In this document: in pieces, positions 27,956 to 37,165 of the stretch
How positions within the stretch are numbered: the stretch's first letter is position 1
Layout: every line of letters starts with the position of its first letter
Assembly: GCA_963662625.1 (NCBI GenBank)
Contig: OY759726.1
Coordinates: 832,001-896,000, forward strand
Direction: 5' to 3'
DNA: 64,000 nucleotides
From: Nitrosopumilus sp.
GTDB lineage: Archaea; Thermoproteota; Nitrososphaeria; Nitrososphaerales; Nitrosopumilaceae
The notes under the pieces: generated by a model
Told to the model about the DNA's origin: nothing
The model's input: only the letters and a program-made list of their open reading frames with translations
Database searches by the model: none
Position numbers and translations under genes: made by a program

Positions 27956-28057
27956 TGGTAAAGTCTCCCATGATTTTAAAAAGATTTATTGGCGCGCCGT
28001 GCAGAACCGCCGCCCCCGGTTTCAAAAGGTTAAATACTGTCTGTTGAGAATTGCAAT

Positions 28058-28315
28058 GTGCCAACCGCCTATGTCCTGCTGAACTCCGACCTCGGAACAG
28101 ACCAGTCAATCATAGACGAGGTAAGGCAGATCCTGTCAAACGAGGACCTCGACTACGAGGTGCAGGGGGTCTACGGCGTGTACGACATCGTCCTCAAGCT
28201 GTCCTCGGACGACGGGGAGAAGATACGGGCGACGATCACTAACAAGATTCGAAGGATAAGCAAGGTACAGTCCACGCTCACGATGATGGTGATAGAGGAG
28301 CAGGAACAGCTATAG
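28058..28315 (+). CDS. Lrp/AsnC ligand-binding-domain protein
   Basis: TAYVLLN...GVYGVYDIVLKL...STLTM (RAM domain). Confidence 0.88.
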   Translation: MPTAYVLLNSDLGTDQSIIDEVRQILSNEDLDYEVQGVYGVYDIVLKLSSDDGEKIRATITNKIRRISKVQSTLTMMVIEEQEQL

Positions 28316-29461
28316 GCGCTTCAGGGCATCGACCACCCTGGCCATCTCTGCCTCGGTATTGAAAAAATGCGGGGACGCGCGCACGATCTTCCTGTCAAAA
28401 ATCTCCCTGACCGCCAGGACGATCCCTTCTTTTTCCAACCTTGCCACCACCGCCTCGGGCTCGGTTCCCCCCACGTTAAAGGAGACTATGCTCGTCCGGC
28501 TGCCGGGATCCTGCGGGCCGTACAGCGTGACGCCCCTGATCCCCGACAGCTCCTCTCTCAGCATGCTTGACAGGCGCCGGTTCCTGCTGCGGACGTTGTC
28601 CAGGCCGAATTCCAGCAGAAGTCTTGCGGACGATTCCAGCCCCACGATCCCGACGTAGTTTCTAAACCCGGCCTGGAACCTCTCCGGAATGTCCTTGAAG
28701 GCCAGGCCGCCCCCCTCTGACACCTCCGCGGATTCGGCCCCTATGGATACCGGCTCCAGCAACCCGCTTGATCTCTTGTTGCAGTAAAACAGGCCCGTGC
28801 CCATGGGGCCGCAAAGCCACTTTGATCCATTAAACGACATGAAGTCGCAGTTAATCCGCGAGACGTCGACGTCCGGCACGCACCCGACAGTCTGCGCGCT
28901 GTCCACGAAGAAACTGGCGTCGCCCCCGAGCATCTTCCCTATCTCCTCGACGGGCAGGATGGCGCCCGTGTTGTACAGCGCATGGCTCAGCGCCACGAGC
29001 GCCGTGTCCCCGTCCAACAGCGATCCAAAGCCGTCAAGGTCGAAAAACCCGTCCCCGTCTATCGGCATGTCGTTTATCTTGACCCTGTCCCGCAGCCGCA
29101 GCCAGGGGTAGTAGTTTGCGTGGTGTTCGTGGCCGCCGCCGCGAATGATCATGTTGGAGCCTTCCGGGAATGACAGGCCGTTTGCCACGAAATTTATCCC
29201 GTCCGTGGTGCTCTGGGTGAGGACGACCTCCTGGGGCCGGCAGTTGATGATCCTCGCGATTGCCTCCCTGGCGCCATCCAGCTTTTCTGAGACGAACGAT
29301 CCAGATCCGGCCGAATCGGGCCCCGCCTCGTTGTAAGAGACCAGAAAATCCCTCATTGCCTCGATGCTCTGACGGGGCATCAGGGACACGGATGCGTTGT
29401 TGAGATAGACCTTTCCGTCGCTTGGAAAGCCGCCAGAAACATCCTTTGCGGCCAAATTCAT
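28310..29461 (-). CDS. Class V PLP aminotransferase / cysteine desulfurase-like
   Basis: YLNNAS, EHHAN, VDSAQ, GSKWLCGP and VRASPHFFNT. Start ATG 29461. Confidence 0.9.
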   Translation of the reverse strand: MNLAAKDVSGGFPSDGKVYLNNASVSLMPRQSIEAMRDFLVSYNEAGPDSAGSGSFVSEKLDGAREAIARIINCRPQEVVLTQSTTDGINFVANGLSFPEGSNMIIRGGGHEHHANYYPWLRLRDRVKINDMPIDGDGFFDLDGFGSLLDGDTALVALSHALYNTGAILPVEEIGKMLGGDASFFVDSAQTVGCVPDVDVSRINCDFMSFNGSKWLCGPMGTGLFYCNKRSSGLLEPVSIGAESAEVSEGGGLAFKDIPERFQAGFRNYVGIVGLESSARLLLEFGLDNVRSRNRRLSSMLREELSGIRGVTLYGPQDPGSRTSIVSFNVGGTEPEAVVARLEKEGIVLAVREIFDRKIVRASPHFFNTEAEMARVVDALKRL

Positions 29462-29490
29462 TATTATACCTGTGGGAAGATAAGGCCGCA

Positions 29491-30063
29491 TTGGATAAAA
29501 ACCCTTACCGGATTTCCGCCGACAGCCTGGGGCAGATCCGGGAGGATTTTTCATCGCACAACCCGAACATAATCCTGGCCTCGGATCCCTTTCACAAGGC
29601 CGAGCTGGCCACCTCCCTCCTCCGTTCTGCGGACTGCCCCGTGATCTTTCTGGACTTCGACCTGATGTACAGCGGGTATGTCGCGGCGCGGCTGGTCGAA
29701 AGAAGGGAAAACGTCCGGATCATCCGCACCAGCAGGGGGGGCTGGCAGGAGACCCTCCACGGCGTGCTGGGGAAGATCTCCGTGGCCAGGTCCATGGTGA
29801 TCATCGACTCGTTTAACGGGTTTCACAGCATGTATGGCGAAAAAGAATCGGCCAGGTTCGTCAACGCGTCGCTGATGCTCATCTCCTACATGGGAAGCTT
29901 CCGGAAATGCCCCGTGGTGGCCCTCGCCCTGGCCCGGAGGAACGCGCAGAACAGGTGGATCCTGTCGCCCGGCGGAAGGCACATCACGGGGTCTGAGAAC
30001 TCGCGCCTTTACAGCCTCAGAAAAACCGGCGGCGCGCTGTACCTGCAGCAGATCGCGCAGTGA
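29491..30063 (+). CDS. Hypothetical protein, degenerate RecA/P-loop-like fold
   Basis: VIFLDFD and VIIDSFN strands. No intact Walker A. Confidence 0.6.
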   Translation: MDKNPYRISADSLGQIREDFSSHNPNIILASDPFHKAELATSLLRSADCPVIFLDFDLMYSGYVAARLVERRENVRIIRTSRGGWQETLHGVLGKISVARSMVIIDSFNGFHSMYGEKESARFVNASLMLISYMGSFRKCPVVALALARRNAQNRWILSPGGRHITGSENSRLYSLRKTGGALYLQQIAQ

Positions 30064-30168
30064 TCGCGCCGGGCCGCGATTAAAACGCCGTTATAAACCC
30101 CAAACGCCGTTATAGCTCACGGTTTTTAGGCAAATTATATTAAGATCAAAACGCCAGTATGAATTGTA

Positions 30169-30471
30169 ATGCCAGTAGGAATTATTCCGGACATCAGCGA
30201 ACAGATGTGTATAGGCTGTGCACTTTGTGTAGAGATCTGTACGTCTCTGGGCCCAGATGTCCTCCGAGTAAAACCAGTCGAAGGCTGGAAGAGAGGCAAG
30301 GCATTCGTCTACTATCCGGAAAGATGCATCTCCGACGGCGCATGCATTGGCGTGTGCCCGACAAAGGCGATCTTTTGGATGAGGCCGATGGACTTCACCG
30401 TTGGACAACCGGTTCCCCTCTACCAGAACTCAGTCTTCGTGAATGGCTGGGACGAACTCATCAAAGAGTAA
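30169..30471 (+). CDS. 2x[4Fe-4S] ferredoxin
   Basis: CIGCALCVEIC and CISDGACIGVCP. Confidence 0.92.
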   Translation: MPVGIIPDISEQMCIGCALCVEICTSLGPDVLRVKPVEGWKRGKAFVYYPERCISDGACIGVCPTKAIFWMRPMDFTVGQPVPLYQNSVFVNGWDELIKE

Positions 30472-30729
30472 GTTCTGCCACTTTTTCCTTTTTTGTCTTG
30501 TGCCAGGTTGGGCCGGCCCCGCGCTTGGGGTCTTGCCCCATCGTCCCCCGCATGGCCGGGACGGCCAACCGGCGGAACCGCGGTGGGCGACACCGCCAAC
30601 TCGTAATAAAATACCCGCCCCCGGGCGGGCTTTATCCGAGTCCCCACGCGCCGTCTTTTCGGCACCATCGCACACGACGGCGGCAAGGCCGACGCCGCGC
30701 CCTGCTTTCCACGCCTCCCCCCGCCGCGC

Positions 30730-31130
30730 CGCGCGGGTAGCCGGGATCCGCCCCTGCCACCACGGCAGGCCCCCCGCACCCGCTGGCGAATCACGCAAAA
30801 GCGGGGAACCCGCGGCTCGTCCAACACCCGCACCGGGCGCGGATCCCCCCGCTGCCAACAACGCTGCCCGGCGCGCCAAAGCCGTCGCGCCTCGGCCCAA
30901 CCCACGGGCCTTCGCCGCCGGCCACGGCATCGCCCTAGGCCGCCGTGATCCCGGCAGGCTCGAACCGCGCCCGCGTGTCAAGCGACGGGCCGTCGGCGCC
31001 AAGCTGCACGCAGACGACGCGGTCCTCCGCACGCGCAAGGGAAAACGAGCCAACCACGGCCGCAGCCGGGAGCGCGACCTGGAAGAACGCCTTAGCGGCC
31101 TGCACCTGCAACCAGCACAAACCCGGAACG
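30730..31130 (-). pseudogene. Decayed cupredoxin (plastocyanin/azurin-like) gene
   Basis: Signal-peptide-like start, FEPAGITAA*GDAVA, and after a frameshift DEPRV..FCVIRQRVRG, read as a decayed FCVIHPWMxG. Boundaries approximate. Confidence 0.65.
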
Positions 31131-31170
31131 GGGAAGCCGCGCAGCCTTTTGAACCCGCGCCGCCCCCGGC

Positions 31171-31743
31171 CTACAACGCACCTTCGTCCAAACGCTTCCT
31201 CGGCCTGGTACTCAGGTAAAACGCGTGCGAGCTGATTATGAAGGCGGCTAGGAAAACCTTTGTCGAGAAAACCAGGTTCCACGGCCTCTCCGGATCCGGG
31301 TACGCGACCGACAGCATGTCGATGTCGGGCACCCCGCCGTCGATCACGCCCGCGGCGATCACCGCGTTTAGGACAGTAAAGTTGTACAGTACCTCGTACA
31401 GCGTAATGATTGCAAACCCCAGCAGCATTAGCTGCAGCAGGGACATCTTCCACCCCGCGATCTTGTCCCCGGCAGTCTTTTTCCAGCCGATTCTTGAAAC
31501 GCAGTACCACCCAATGACGGTCGAGAAGAATATCCAGGTGGAGACCCTTGCAAAGTTCTCAAACGGGACGGTCGTGTTGTGTATCGCCTCGCCCATCACG
31601 TACGTCCCGTCCTCCATCCACTCAACCATAGTCACGTAGACGCCAAAAACAAAACTTGCAGACATGACCGCGGCGCACACGTAAAAGACGTACAGGTATA
31701 CCTTGTAGCCCAAATCGGCCCTCTCCAGATGGCGGGTCTTCAT
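31171..31743 (-). CDS. Hypothetical membrane protein (4 TM)
   Basis: ATG 31743 and hydrophobic helices. Confidence 0.75.
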   Translation of the reverse strand: MKTRHLERADLGYKVYLYVFYVCAAVMSASFVFGVYVTMVEWMEDGTYVMGEAIHNTTVPFENFARVSTWIFFSTVIGWYCVSRIGWKKTAGDKIAGWKMSLLQLMLLGFAIITLYEVLYNFTVLNAVIAAGVIDGGVPDIDMLSVAYPDPERPWNLVFSTKVFLAAFIISSHAFYLSTRPRKRLDEGAL

Positions 31744-31966
31744 GATGCCGTTTGCATTATCTTTGAAATATAAAAATTCATACGGGGCCGGACGCGCGCC
31801 CCGGCCGCCCGGGCCGGCAGGCACGAAGGCGCCGCGGGCGTCCCCCTGGCAGGCGTGGATCCGCCGGGGCCCGGGCCGGCAGCGCGGCTCCCGCGCCCGG
31901 GGGCGGCGCCAAGGGCCGCCGGATGCAGGTCAAAATTGAAATTACCGGGAGGCCGCAGAACAGCCG

Positions 31967-33046
31967 TTGAAGATCGCCATAAACGAGCCCTTTCTGGGCA
32001 GGGAGGAGATCGCCGCGGCCGCATCAGTTCTAAAAAGCGGCCAACTGACCACCGCTGCCGACGCTGGAGGCGCGCAGGTCCGGGAATTCGAGGCCGCCGC
32101 GGCGTCATACCTCAAGGCGAGGTACGCCGTGGCGGTAAATTCCGGCACCGCCGCACTGCAGGCGTCGCTGCACGCGCTGGGCGTCAAGGGGGGCGACGAG
32201 GTGCTCGTCCCCTCTTTCACCTACGTGGCCACCGCAAACTCGGTGGCGTCGACCGGCGCGAGGCCCGTCTTTGTCGACATCGTCCGGGACAACTACACCA
32301 TGGATCCCGACGATCTGGCAAAAAAGATCACGAGGAAGACCAAGGCAATCATGCCGGTCCACCTTTATGGAAACGTGGCGCCGGTGGACCGAATCTCCGA
32401 CGTTGCCAAGAAGAACAACCTGCCTGTCATAGAGGACTCTGCCCAGTCGCTGGGTTCGACCCTCGGGGGGCGCCACGCCGGCACGTTCTTTGATCTGGGG
32501 TGCTTTAGCATGTACCCGGGAAAGGTGATCACCTCGGGGGAGGGAGGATTTGTCGTAACCGGCGACAGGAAACTGCGCGACAAGCTGCTGATGATCAGAA
32601 ACCACGGCATGGCCTCCGGCAGCGCCAAAACATTCGGGCTAAACCTCCGGCTGCCCGAGATCAGCGCGGCAATAGCCAACGCGCAGATGAGGAGGCTCCC
32701 GGGGTTCCTCGAGGCGAGAAGGCGCAACGCCGAGTACCTGACAGAACTGCTCTCCGGCCTGGACATCCGGGTCCCGAACGAGCCGGGGCGCGTCAGGGTA
32801 AACTGGGGCCTGTACACCATAGCGACCGCGGCAAGGGACGAAACCCTGAGGCGGCTGAACCGGCGCGGCGTGGGCGCGGCCGTGTACTACCGCGTGCCAG
32901 TTCACAAAACCCCGTCCTACGGGGGATCCGCCAGCCTCCCCGTCACCGACTGGGCGGCGGCGCACGTCCTGTCCCTGCCGGTCCACCCGCGGGTCACGAA
33001 GGCCGACGTTGAGTTTATAGCCAAAACCGTCCGTGGTGTGGCATGA
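31967..33046 (+). CDS. DegT/DnrJ/EryC1/StrS PLP aminotransferase
   Basis: NSGTAAL, PVHLYG, IEDSAQS, SMYPGKVITSGEGG and LSLPVHP. Confidence 0.93.
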   Translation: MKIAINEPFLGREEIAAAASVLKSGQLTTAADAGGAQVREFEAAAASYLKARYAVAVNSGTAALQASLHALGVKGGDEVLVPSFTYVATANSVASTGARPVFVDIVRDNYTMDPDDLAKKITRKTKAIMPVHLYGNVAPVDRISDVAKKNNLPVIEDSAQSLGSTLGGRHAGTFFDLGCFSMYPGKVITSGEGGFVVTGDRKLRDKLLMIRNHGMASGSAKTFGLNLRLPEISAAIANAQMRRLPGFLEARRRNAEYLTELLSGLDIRVPNEPGRVRVNWGLYTIATAARDETLRRLNRRGVGAAVYYRVPVHKTPSYGGSASLPVTDWAAAHVLSLPVHPRVTKADVEFIAKTVRGVA

Positions 33047-33513
33047 ACGGCGTGGGCGACGTCCTGGGCGAGATCTGCAAGGCGGTCTTTCCCATACGCG
33101 AGGAATCCTACGCGGGGAACCCGGACGCGCCGGTGGCCATATGCACGCTGTCCAGCATAGGCCTGCTGAGGCAGATCGCAAACTCCGACGTCCTGGGCCG
33201 GATCTCCGTCGCCGGCAGGCTGTTCTCCGAAAACAAGGGAATCGATTCGCTTGTCAGGCACGTCAGCTCGCACAGAAAGATCAAGACCATAGTAGTGTGC
33301 GGAAAGGAGGTGTGGGGCCACAGGGCGGGACACTCGCTGGTGGCGCTGCACGAGAACGGCGTTGACAGGCGCGGGCGAATAGTCGGCTCTGACAGCCCGG
33401 AGCCCTTCCTGACAGCCACGAGGCAGGAGATAGCGCACTTTCAAAACAGGATCACGCTGGTGGACAAAATCGGCGTGACCGACCTTGACTCGATCAGGGG
33501 GCTGGTTCAGTAG
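33043..33513 (+). CDS. MtrA-like corrinoid-binding domain protein
   Basis: GNPDAPVAICTL, ENKGI and CGKEVWGHRAG (MtrA His motif). Overlaps the upstream gene by ATGA. Confidence 0.82.
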   Translation: MNGVGDVLGEICKAVFPIREESYAGNPDAPVAICTLSSIGLLRQIANSDVLGRISVAGRLFSENKGIDSLVRHVSSHRKIKTIVVCGKEVWGHRAGHSLVALHENGVDRRGRIVGSDSPEPFLTATRQEIAHFQNRITLVDKIGVTDLDSIRGLVQ

Positions 33514-33863
33514 CCCGTCCTCTGCCTCTCCCTGTTGATCTCGTTTTTCCTTGCGTACTCTTCCATGATGTCGTCCGGAGTCAGGCCAAGCTCGATGGAC
33601 GCCTGGATCACAAAATGCCACACGTCGATCAGTTCCTCCCTCGCCTCGCCGGCGTCGAACCGCGACGGGGCCTTCCACCATTTCCAGTTGGTGGTCCTCT
33701 GCAACTCTACCGCCTCGTGGATCATCGCGGTGCACAGGGCAGACACCCTCCCCTCCGTGTCGGGCGGGTACCTGTCAAGGTTCATCATGTCTGCCAAGCC
33801 CCGCTGCATCTCGAAGATTGCCTCCAAACGGTCCCCTGCCTTTTCCGTGATATCCTGGGCCAA
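33507..33863 (-). CDS. All-alpha dimeric dUTPase/MazG-like NTP pyrophosphatase
   Basis: EAVEL...WKWWK...EELIDVWHF...KNEINRERQ. Confidence 0.88.
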   Translation of the reverse strand: MAQDITEKAGDRLEAIFEMQRGLADMMNLDRYPPDTEGRVSALCTAMIHEAVELQRTTNWKWWKAPSRFDAGEAREELIDVWHFVIQASIELGLTPDDIMEEYARKNEINRERQRTGY

Positions 33864-33901
33864 CTGACAACTGAATGCGGGAGGTTGCCGAACTTAAATA
33901 T

Positions 33902-34795
33902 TTAGACCCGGATCATCCTCTCGTAAGCCCGCACCCTCTTTGCAATGTCCGGCCCCTTCAGCCGCAGCAGCCCGTCCAGCCCGTACCCCCCCACCGCAAA
34001 CGAGCCCATGACGTTTCCATGCACCACGGCCTTTCTGACGTCGGCCAGCTTCGTGGAGTTCTTGCCGGCCAGGTATCCTATCATGGCGCCTGCAAACGAG
34101 TCCCCCGCACCGGTCGGATCCACCACGTCCTCCAGGGAAAAACCCGCGGTCGGAAACACCACGTCCTCAAAAAACATGAGCGATCCGTGCTCGCCCTTCT
34201 TGATAATCACGTACTTGGCGCCCCAGCCCATCATCTTCTTTGCGGACCTTGCCAGGTTGAACTCCTTCGTAAGCAGCCTGGCCTCCTCGTCGTTTATCAC
34301 CACCGCGTCCACCGCCCCGATCATCCTTACCACGGCCTCCCTCTTCGTCGATATCCAGAAGTCAATCGTGTCGCACATGGAGAACTTTACCTTGTCGAAC
34401 TCCCTGATCACCGATGAGTTCTGCTCGGGGTCGTTGTTTGCCAGGTACACAAACCGGGACTTTTTGTACCCGTCCGGGATCTTGGGCTTGAAGCCCTCCA
34501 GCACGTTCAGTTCGGTCTTCAGGGTCGTCCTGGCGCTCAGCGTCCTGTCGTAGCTGCCGTCGTAGCGGAACGTCCTTCCGTCGCCCGACTCCAAGCCCTG
34601 CAGATCCGCGTACCTTGCCAGCACGCGGCGGTATCTCTCGGGAAAGTCTTCTCCGACGATCGCCACCAGTCCGACATCTACAAAGTTGCTTGCCGAGACG
34701 GCCGCGAAAGTCGCCGCCCCGCCAAGGACGTCCCTCAGGGTCTTCCTCGGAGTCCTGATCGTGTCCAGTGCGGCAGACCCAAAAACCGTGAGCAT
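33902..34795 (-). CDS. PfkB-family carbohydrate/nucleoside kinase
   Basis: LGGAAT, INDEEA and DPTGAGDSFAGA. Start ATG 34795. Confidence 0.92.
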   Translation of the reverse strand: MLTVFGSAALDTIRTPRKTLRDVLGGAATFAAVSASNFVDVGLVAIVGEDFPERYRRVLARYADLQGLESGDGRTFRYDGSYDRTLSARTTLKTELNVLEGFKPKIPDGYKKSRFVYLANNDPEQNSSVIREFDKVKFSMCDTIDFWISTKREAVVRMIGAVDAVVINDEEARLLTKEFNLARSAKKMMGWGAKYVIIKKGEHGSLMFFEDVVFPTAGFSLEDVVDPTGAGDSFAGAMIGYLAGKNSTKLADVRKAVVHGNVMGSFAVGGYGLDGLLRLKGPDIAKRVRAYERMIRV

Positions 34796-34806
34796 TCCCT
34801 GAAAAG

Positions 34807-35259
34807 CTAGCCCCCGTCTATAAATTCCCTTGTCTGCTCCTCCGTGGGATGGAACACGAACGGGATCCCTATGGAGGCCAGCAGCACATCGTATTCTGCC
34901 AGCCCGCTTATCTTCAGCGTGGGCGGATCGTCCGGATCCATCCCAGAGTCCGTCTCGAACGTCCCCTTCACCAGGCTGCTCCCGAGCGCGGGAAGCACAA
35001 ACGGCTCCAGCCTGCCCTCCCCGGCCAGCTCGCCGTCGGCAACCACGAAGAACTCCGATTCCCCAGCGCCCAGTATCAGCAGGGAGGGGTTGTCGAACCG
35101 CAACTCCACGCCGTAGGAGGATCCGTGCTCGCCTTCTTCCAAGAGCTCGCTGTGGGTGATGGCCACGCCTATCTGGGAGGCCGACGCGATCTGGGAGCAG
35201 CCAAAGGCCACGGCGCCGATCACGAGCACCGCGATCGCCGCCTTGCTGGAACCCCCCAT
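34807..35259 (-). CDS. Secreted/anchored LEA-2-like hypothetical protein
   Basis: N-terminal hydrophobic segment, FDNPS, beta-rich. Confidence 0.65.
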   Translation of the reverse strand: MGGSSKAAIAVLVIGAVAFGCSQIASASQIGVAITHSELLEEGEHGSSYGVELRFDNPSLLILGAGESEFFVVADGELAGEGRLEPFVLPALGSSLVKGTFETDSGMDPDDPPTLKISGLAEYDVLLASIGIPFVFHPTEEQTREFIDGG

Positions 35260-35391
35260 GCGCCGGCATCGTGGAATTCTCTTTTAACCCAAGGGCGCAA
35301 AATTTCGAATTATGTGTGTAAAAGTTTTGATCTAGTCTTAAACCTCATTAGAGCTAGCAGAATAAATCACAAAACCGCGGTTTAGGTGTAG

Positions 35392-35904
35392 ATGGCCAAG
35401 ATAAAGATCAGGTTTGGAACAAGCGAAATCGAGGTAGACTCGCGTGACTTTTACCTGGACAACCAAACCGTCGGCAACGTCATCGAGGATCTTTCCAAAC
35501 ACATGAGCGGGAACCCGGAAACGCCGGCGCGTGAGGCGCCAGCGCCAGAAGCTGGCCGCGGCAGCCTCGAGTCCCTCAGGGACGCAGAAGCCTTCGAGCC
35601 GGAGTTTGACGAGCCACGGCACATAGAGGCCGGCGAAATAAGGCCAAGGCTGAGGGCCCTGGAATCTGACAGGTTTTTCGATTCCCCGAGGACAGTCGCC
35701 GAGACGGTCAAGCAGCTGAGGGAATCCGGCTGGGACGCAAGCTCGCTTGACGTGTCGGTGGCCTTGGCCCGGATGGCGTCCAGCAAGGAAATTTCAAAGA
35801 ATTCCGACGAAGACCGCACGTATTACTTTGCCCGGGAGGGCCCGACCCCGGCAGCCTCGTACCCGCACTTCCCGCACGCAGTGAGCGTCTCCCCCCCCAG
35901 ATGA
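35392..35904 (+). CDS. Hypothetical protein with probable C-terminal winged helix
   Basis: FFDSPRTVAETVKQLRESGW...VSVALARM. Confidence 0.7.
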   Translation: MAKIKIRFGTSEIEVDSRDFYLDNQTVGNVIEDLSKHMSGNPETPAREAPAPEAGRGSLESLRDAEAFEPEFDEPRHIEAGEIRPRLRALESDRFFDSPRTVAETVKQLRESGWDASSLDVSVALARMASSKEISKNSDEDRTYYFAREGPTPAASYPHFPHAVSVSPPR

Positions 35905-36044
35905 TCAAAGTGCGCGTTGCATTCCTTGCATGTGTGGTGCATGTCGAAATACCCGTCCTCCTCGACCTCGCCGGTCCGGCTTGACTCCAGCTCGGTACTG
36001 CCGCACCTAATGCAGCGGCATCCGCAGGCAATCTTCAGGGCCAG
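35823..36044 (-). CDS. Cys-rich Zn-finger microprotein (73 aa, CTG start)
   Basis: (M)ALKIACGCRCIRCGSTELE...HHTCKECNAHFDH...ACGKCGY. In-frame TGA immediately upstream of the CTG. Confidence 0.7.
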   Translation of the reverse strand: MALKIACGCRCIRCGSTELESSRTGEVEEDGYFDMHHTCKECNAHFDHLGGETLTACGKCGYEAAGVGPSRAK

Positions 36045-36086
36045 TCACCGGCAACGTATGTATAGCTGCCTTATCTATACCTACCA

Positions 36087-36239
36087 TTGGCTGACCGGGA
36101 GATCCCGATCGAGATAGATGACCACTTTAGGCTTTTTGGCAAAGAACCGTGGGAGGTGGACTATGGCGAGAAGTGCCCGGTATGCGATACCCGGGTCGAC
36201 GAGTATGGCTTCTGCTCCTGCGGCTCCTGCGGGGACTAG
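36087..36239 (+). CDS. Zn-finger microprotein (50 aa)
   Basis: TTG start, MADREIPIEIDDHFRLFGKEPWEVDYGEKCPVCDTRVDEYGFCSCGSCGD. Confidence 0.75.
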   Translation: MADREIPIEIDDHFRLFGKEPWEVDYGEKCPVCDTRVDEYGFCSCGSCGD

Positions 36240-37165
36240 CCCCGGGCGGGATCCGCCAAACCCCGAAAGCCCGGCAGGCGGAGTCCCGCAGTTCCGGCCC
36301 CCAGCGCCAGGACCACCGCCACAAAACCGGCGATCAGCGGCACCATGGGGGGGAACTCGGGGATCACCGTGGTCCCGACGATCTCGATCCTCCCGCCGGA
36401 CTCGGGCTTTGCCGTTAGCCACACGTGCGTCCCGTCGTTGATGTAATCGCTAAAGTGGATCTTTTCGCCGTCGAGAAACACGCTGTATGGATCCCCCAGC
36501 AGCTCCGTGGGGATTATGGCCGTGACAAACTTGCCCCCGCCGGCCACGTCGAAACCTATGCTCCTTGCGGGCTGGTCAAACACAAACCGCTCTATCCCGG
36601 ACAGCGTCCTTATCTCCACAAGAAACTCGTTTTCCTCCCACGCCACGCTCTCAAAAACCCTGGGCTCGTCAATGGCGTATTCCAGCAGCATGTTGCAGCC
36701 GTGGCACGCGATTCCGCTCTTTTCACCTACGTATACCGGCTTGCCGTTGGCAAAAACCAGGTCGACCCCCTGGGGAATGTAAAACCTTGTCAGCGCGCCG
36801 TAGTTGAAGTCCATCGTCCACACCCCGTCAACCAGGGCCATCTCGCCCAGCAAGTCGTACTCCACCACGGTCTTCTGCTCCGACGCGAAAAGCAGGACCT
36901 GCCTGCCCTCCACCACGGTCTCGAACCCGACCTCGTTTCCCTGCATGTCCCGGACCAAAACGTTGGCCGCGGTCCCGCTCACCAGCGGCAGCTGCTGGTG
37001 CTCGTCGGAGTCCTTGACGACGTGCCTGACGTGCACGTCCCCCTGGTGGCCGATCCTCACCTCCACCGCCTCGTGGTCCGCATGCTTTCCGGGGGGTTCT
37101 TCCGCGTAGGCAGGGGGCACCGCGGCAATTAGGGCTAGAAGAAACGCGCCTAGCTTTGGATCCAT
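36236..37165 (-). CDS. Secreted PEFG-CTERM-type sorting-signal protein
   Basis: Signal peptide, TTVIPEFP plus TM helix at the C-terminus, internal CHGC. Confidence 0.82.
   Translation of the reverse strand: MDPKLGAFLLALIAAVPPAYAEEPPGKHADHEAVEVRIGHQGDVHVRHVVKDSDEHQQLPLVSGTAANVLVRDMQGNEVGFETVVEGRQVLLFASEQKTVVEYDLLGEMALVDGVWTMDFNYGALTRFYIPQGVDLVFANGKPVYVGEKSGIACHGCNMLLEYAIDEPRVFESVAWEENEFLVEIRTLSGIERFVFDQPARSIGFDVAGGGKFVTAIIPTELLGDPYSVFLDGEKIHFSDYINDGTHVWLTAKPESGGRIEIVGTTVIPEFPPMVPLIAGFVAVVLALGAGTAGLRLPGFRGLADPARG

Noticed and set aside
33043-33513. Methanogenesis Mtr complex
   Set aside because: It is a lone soluble MtrA-like domain with no other subunits, in an AOA gene context.
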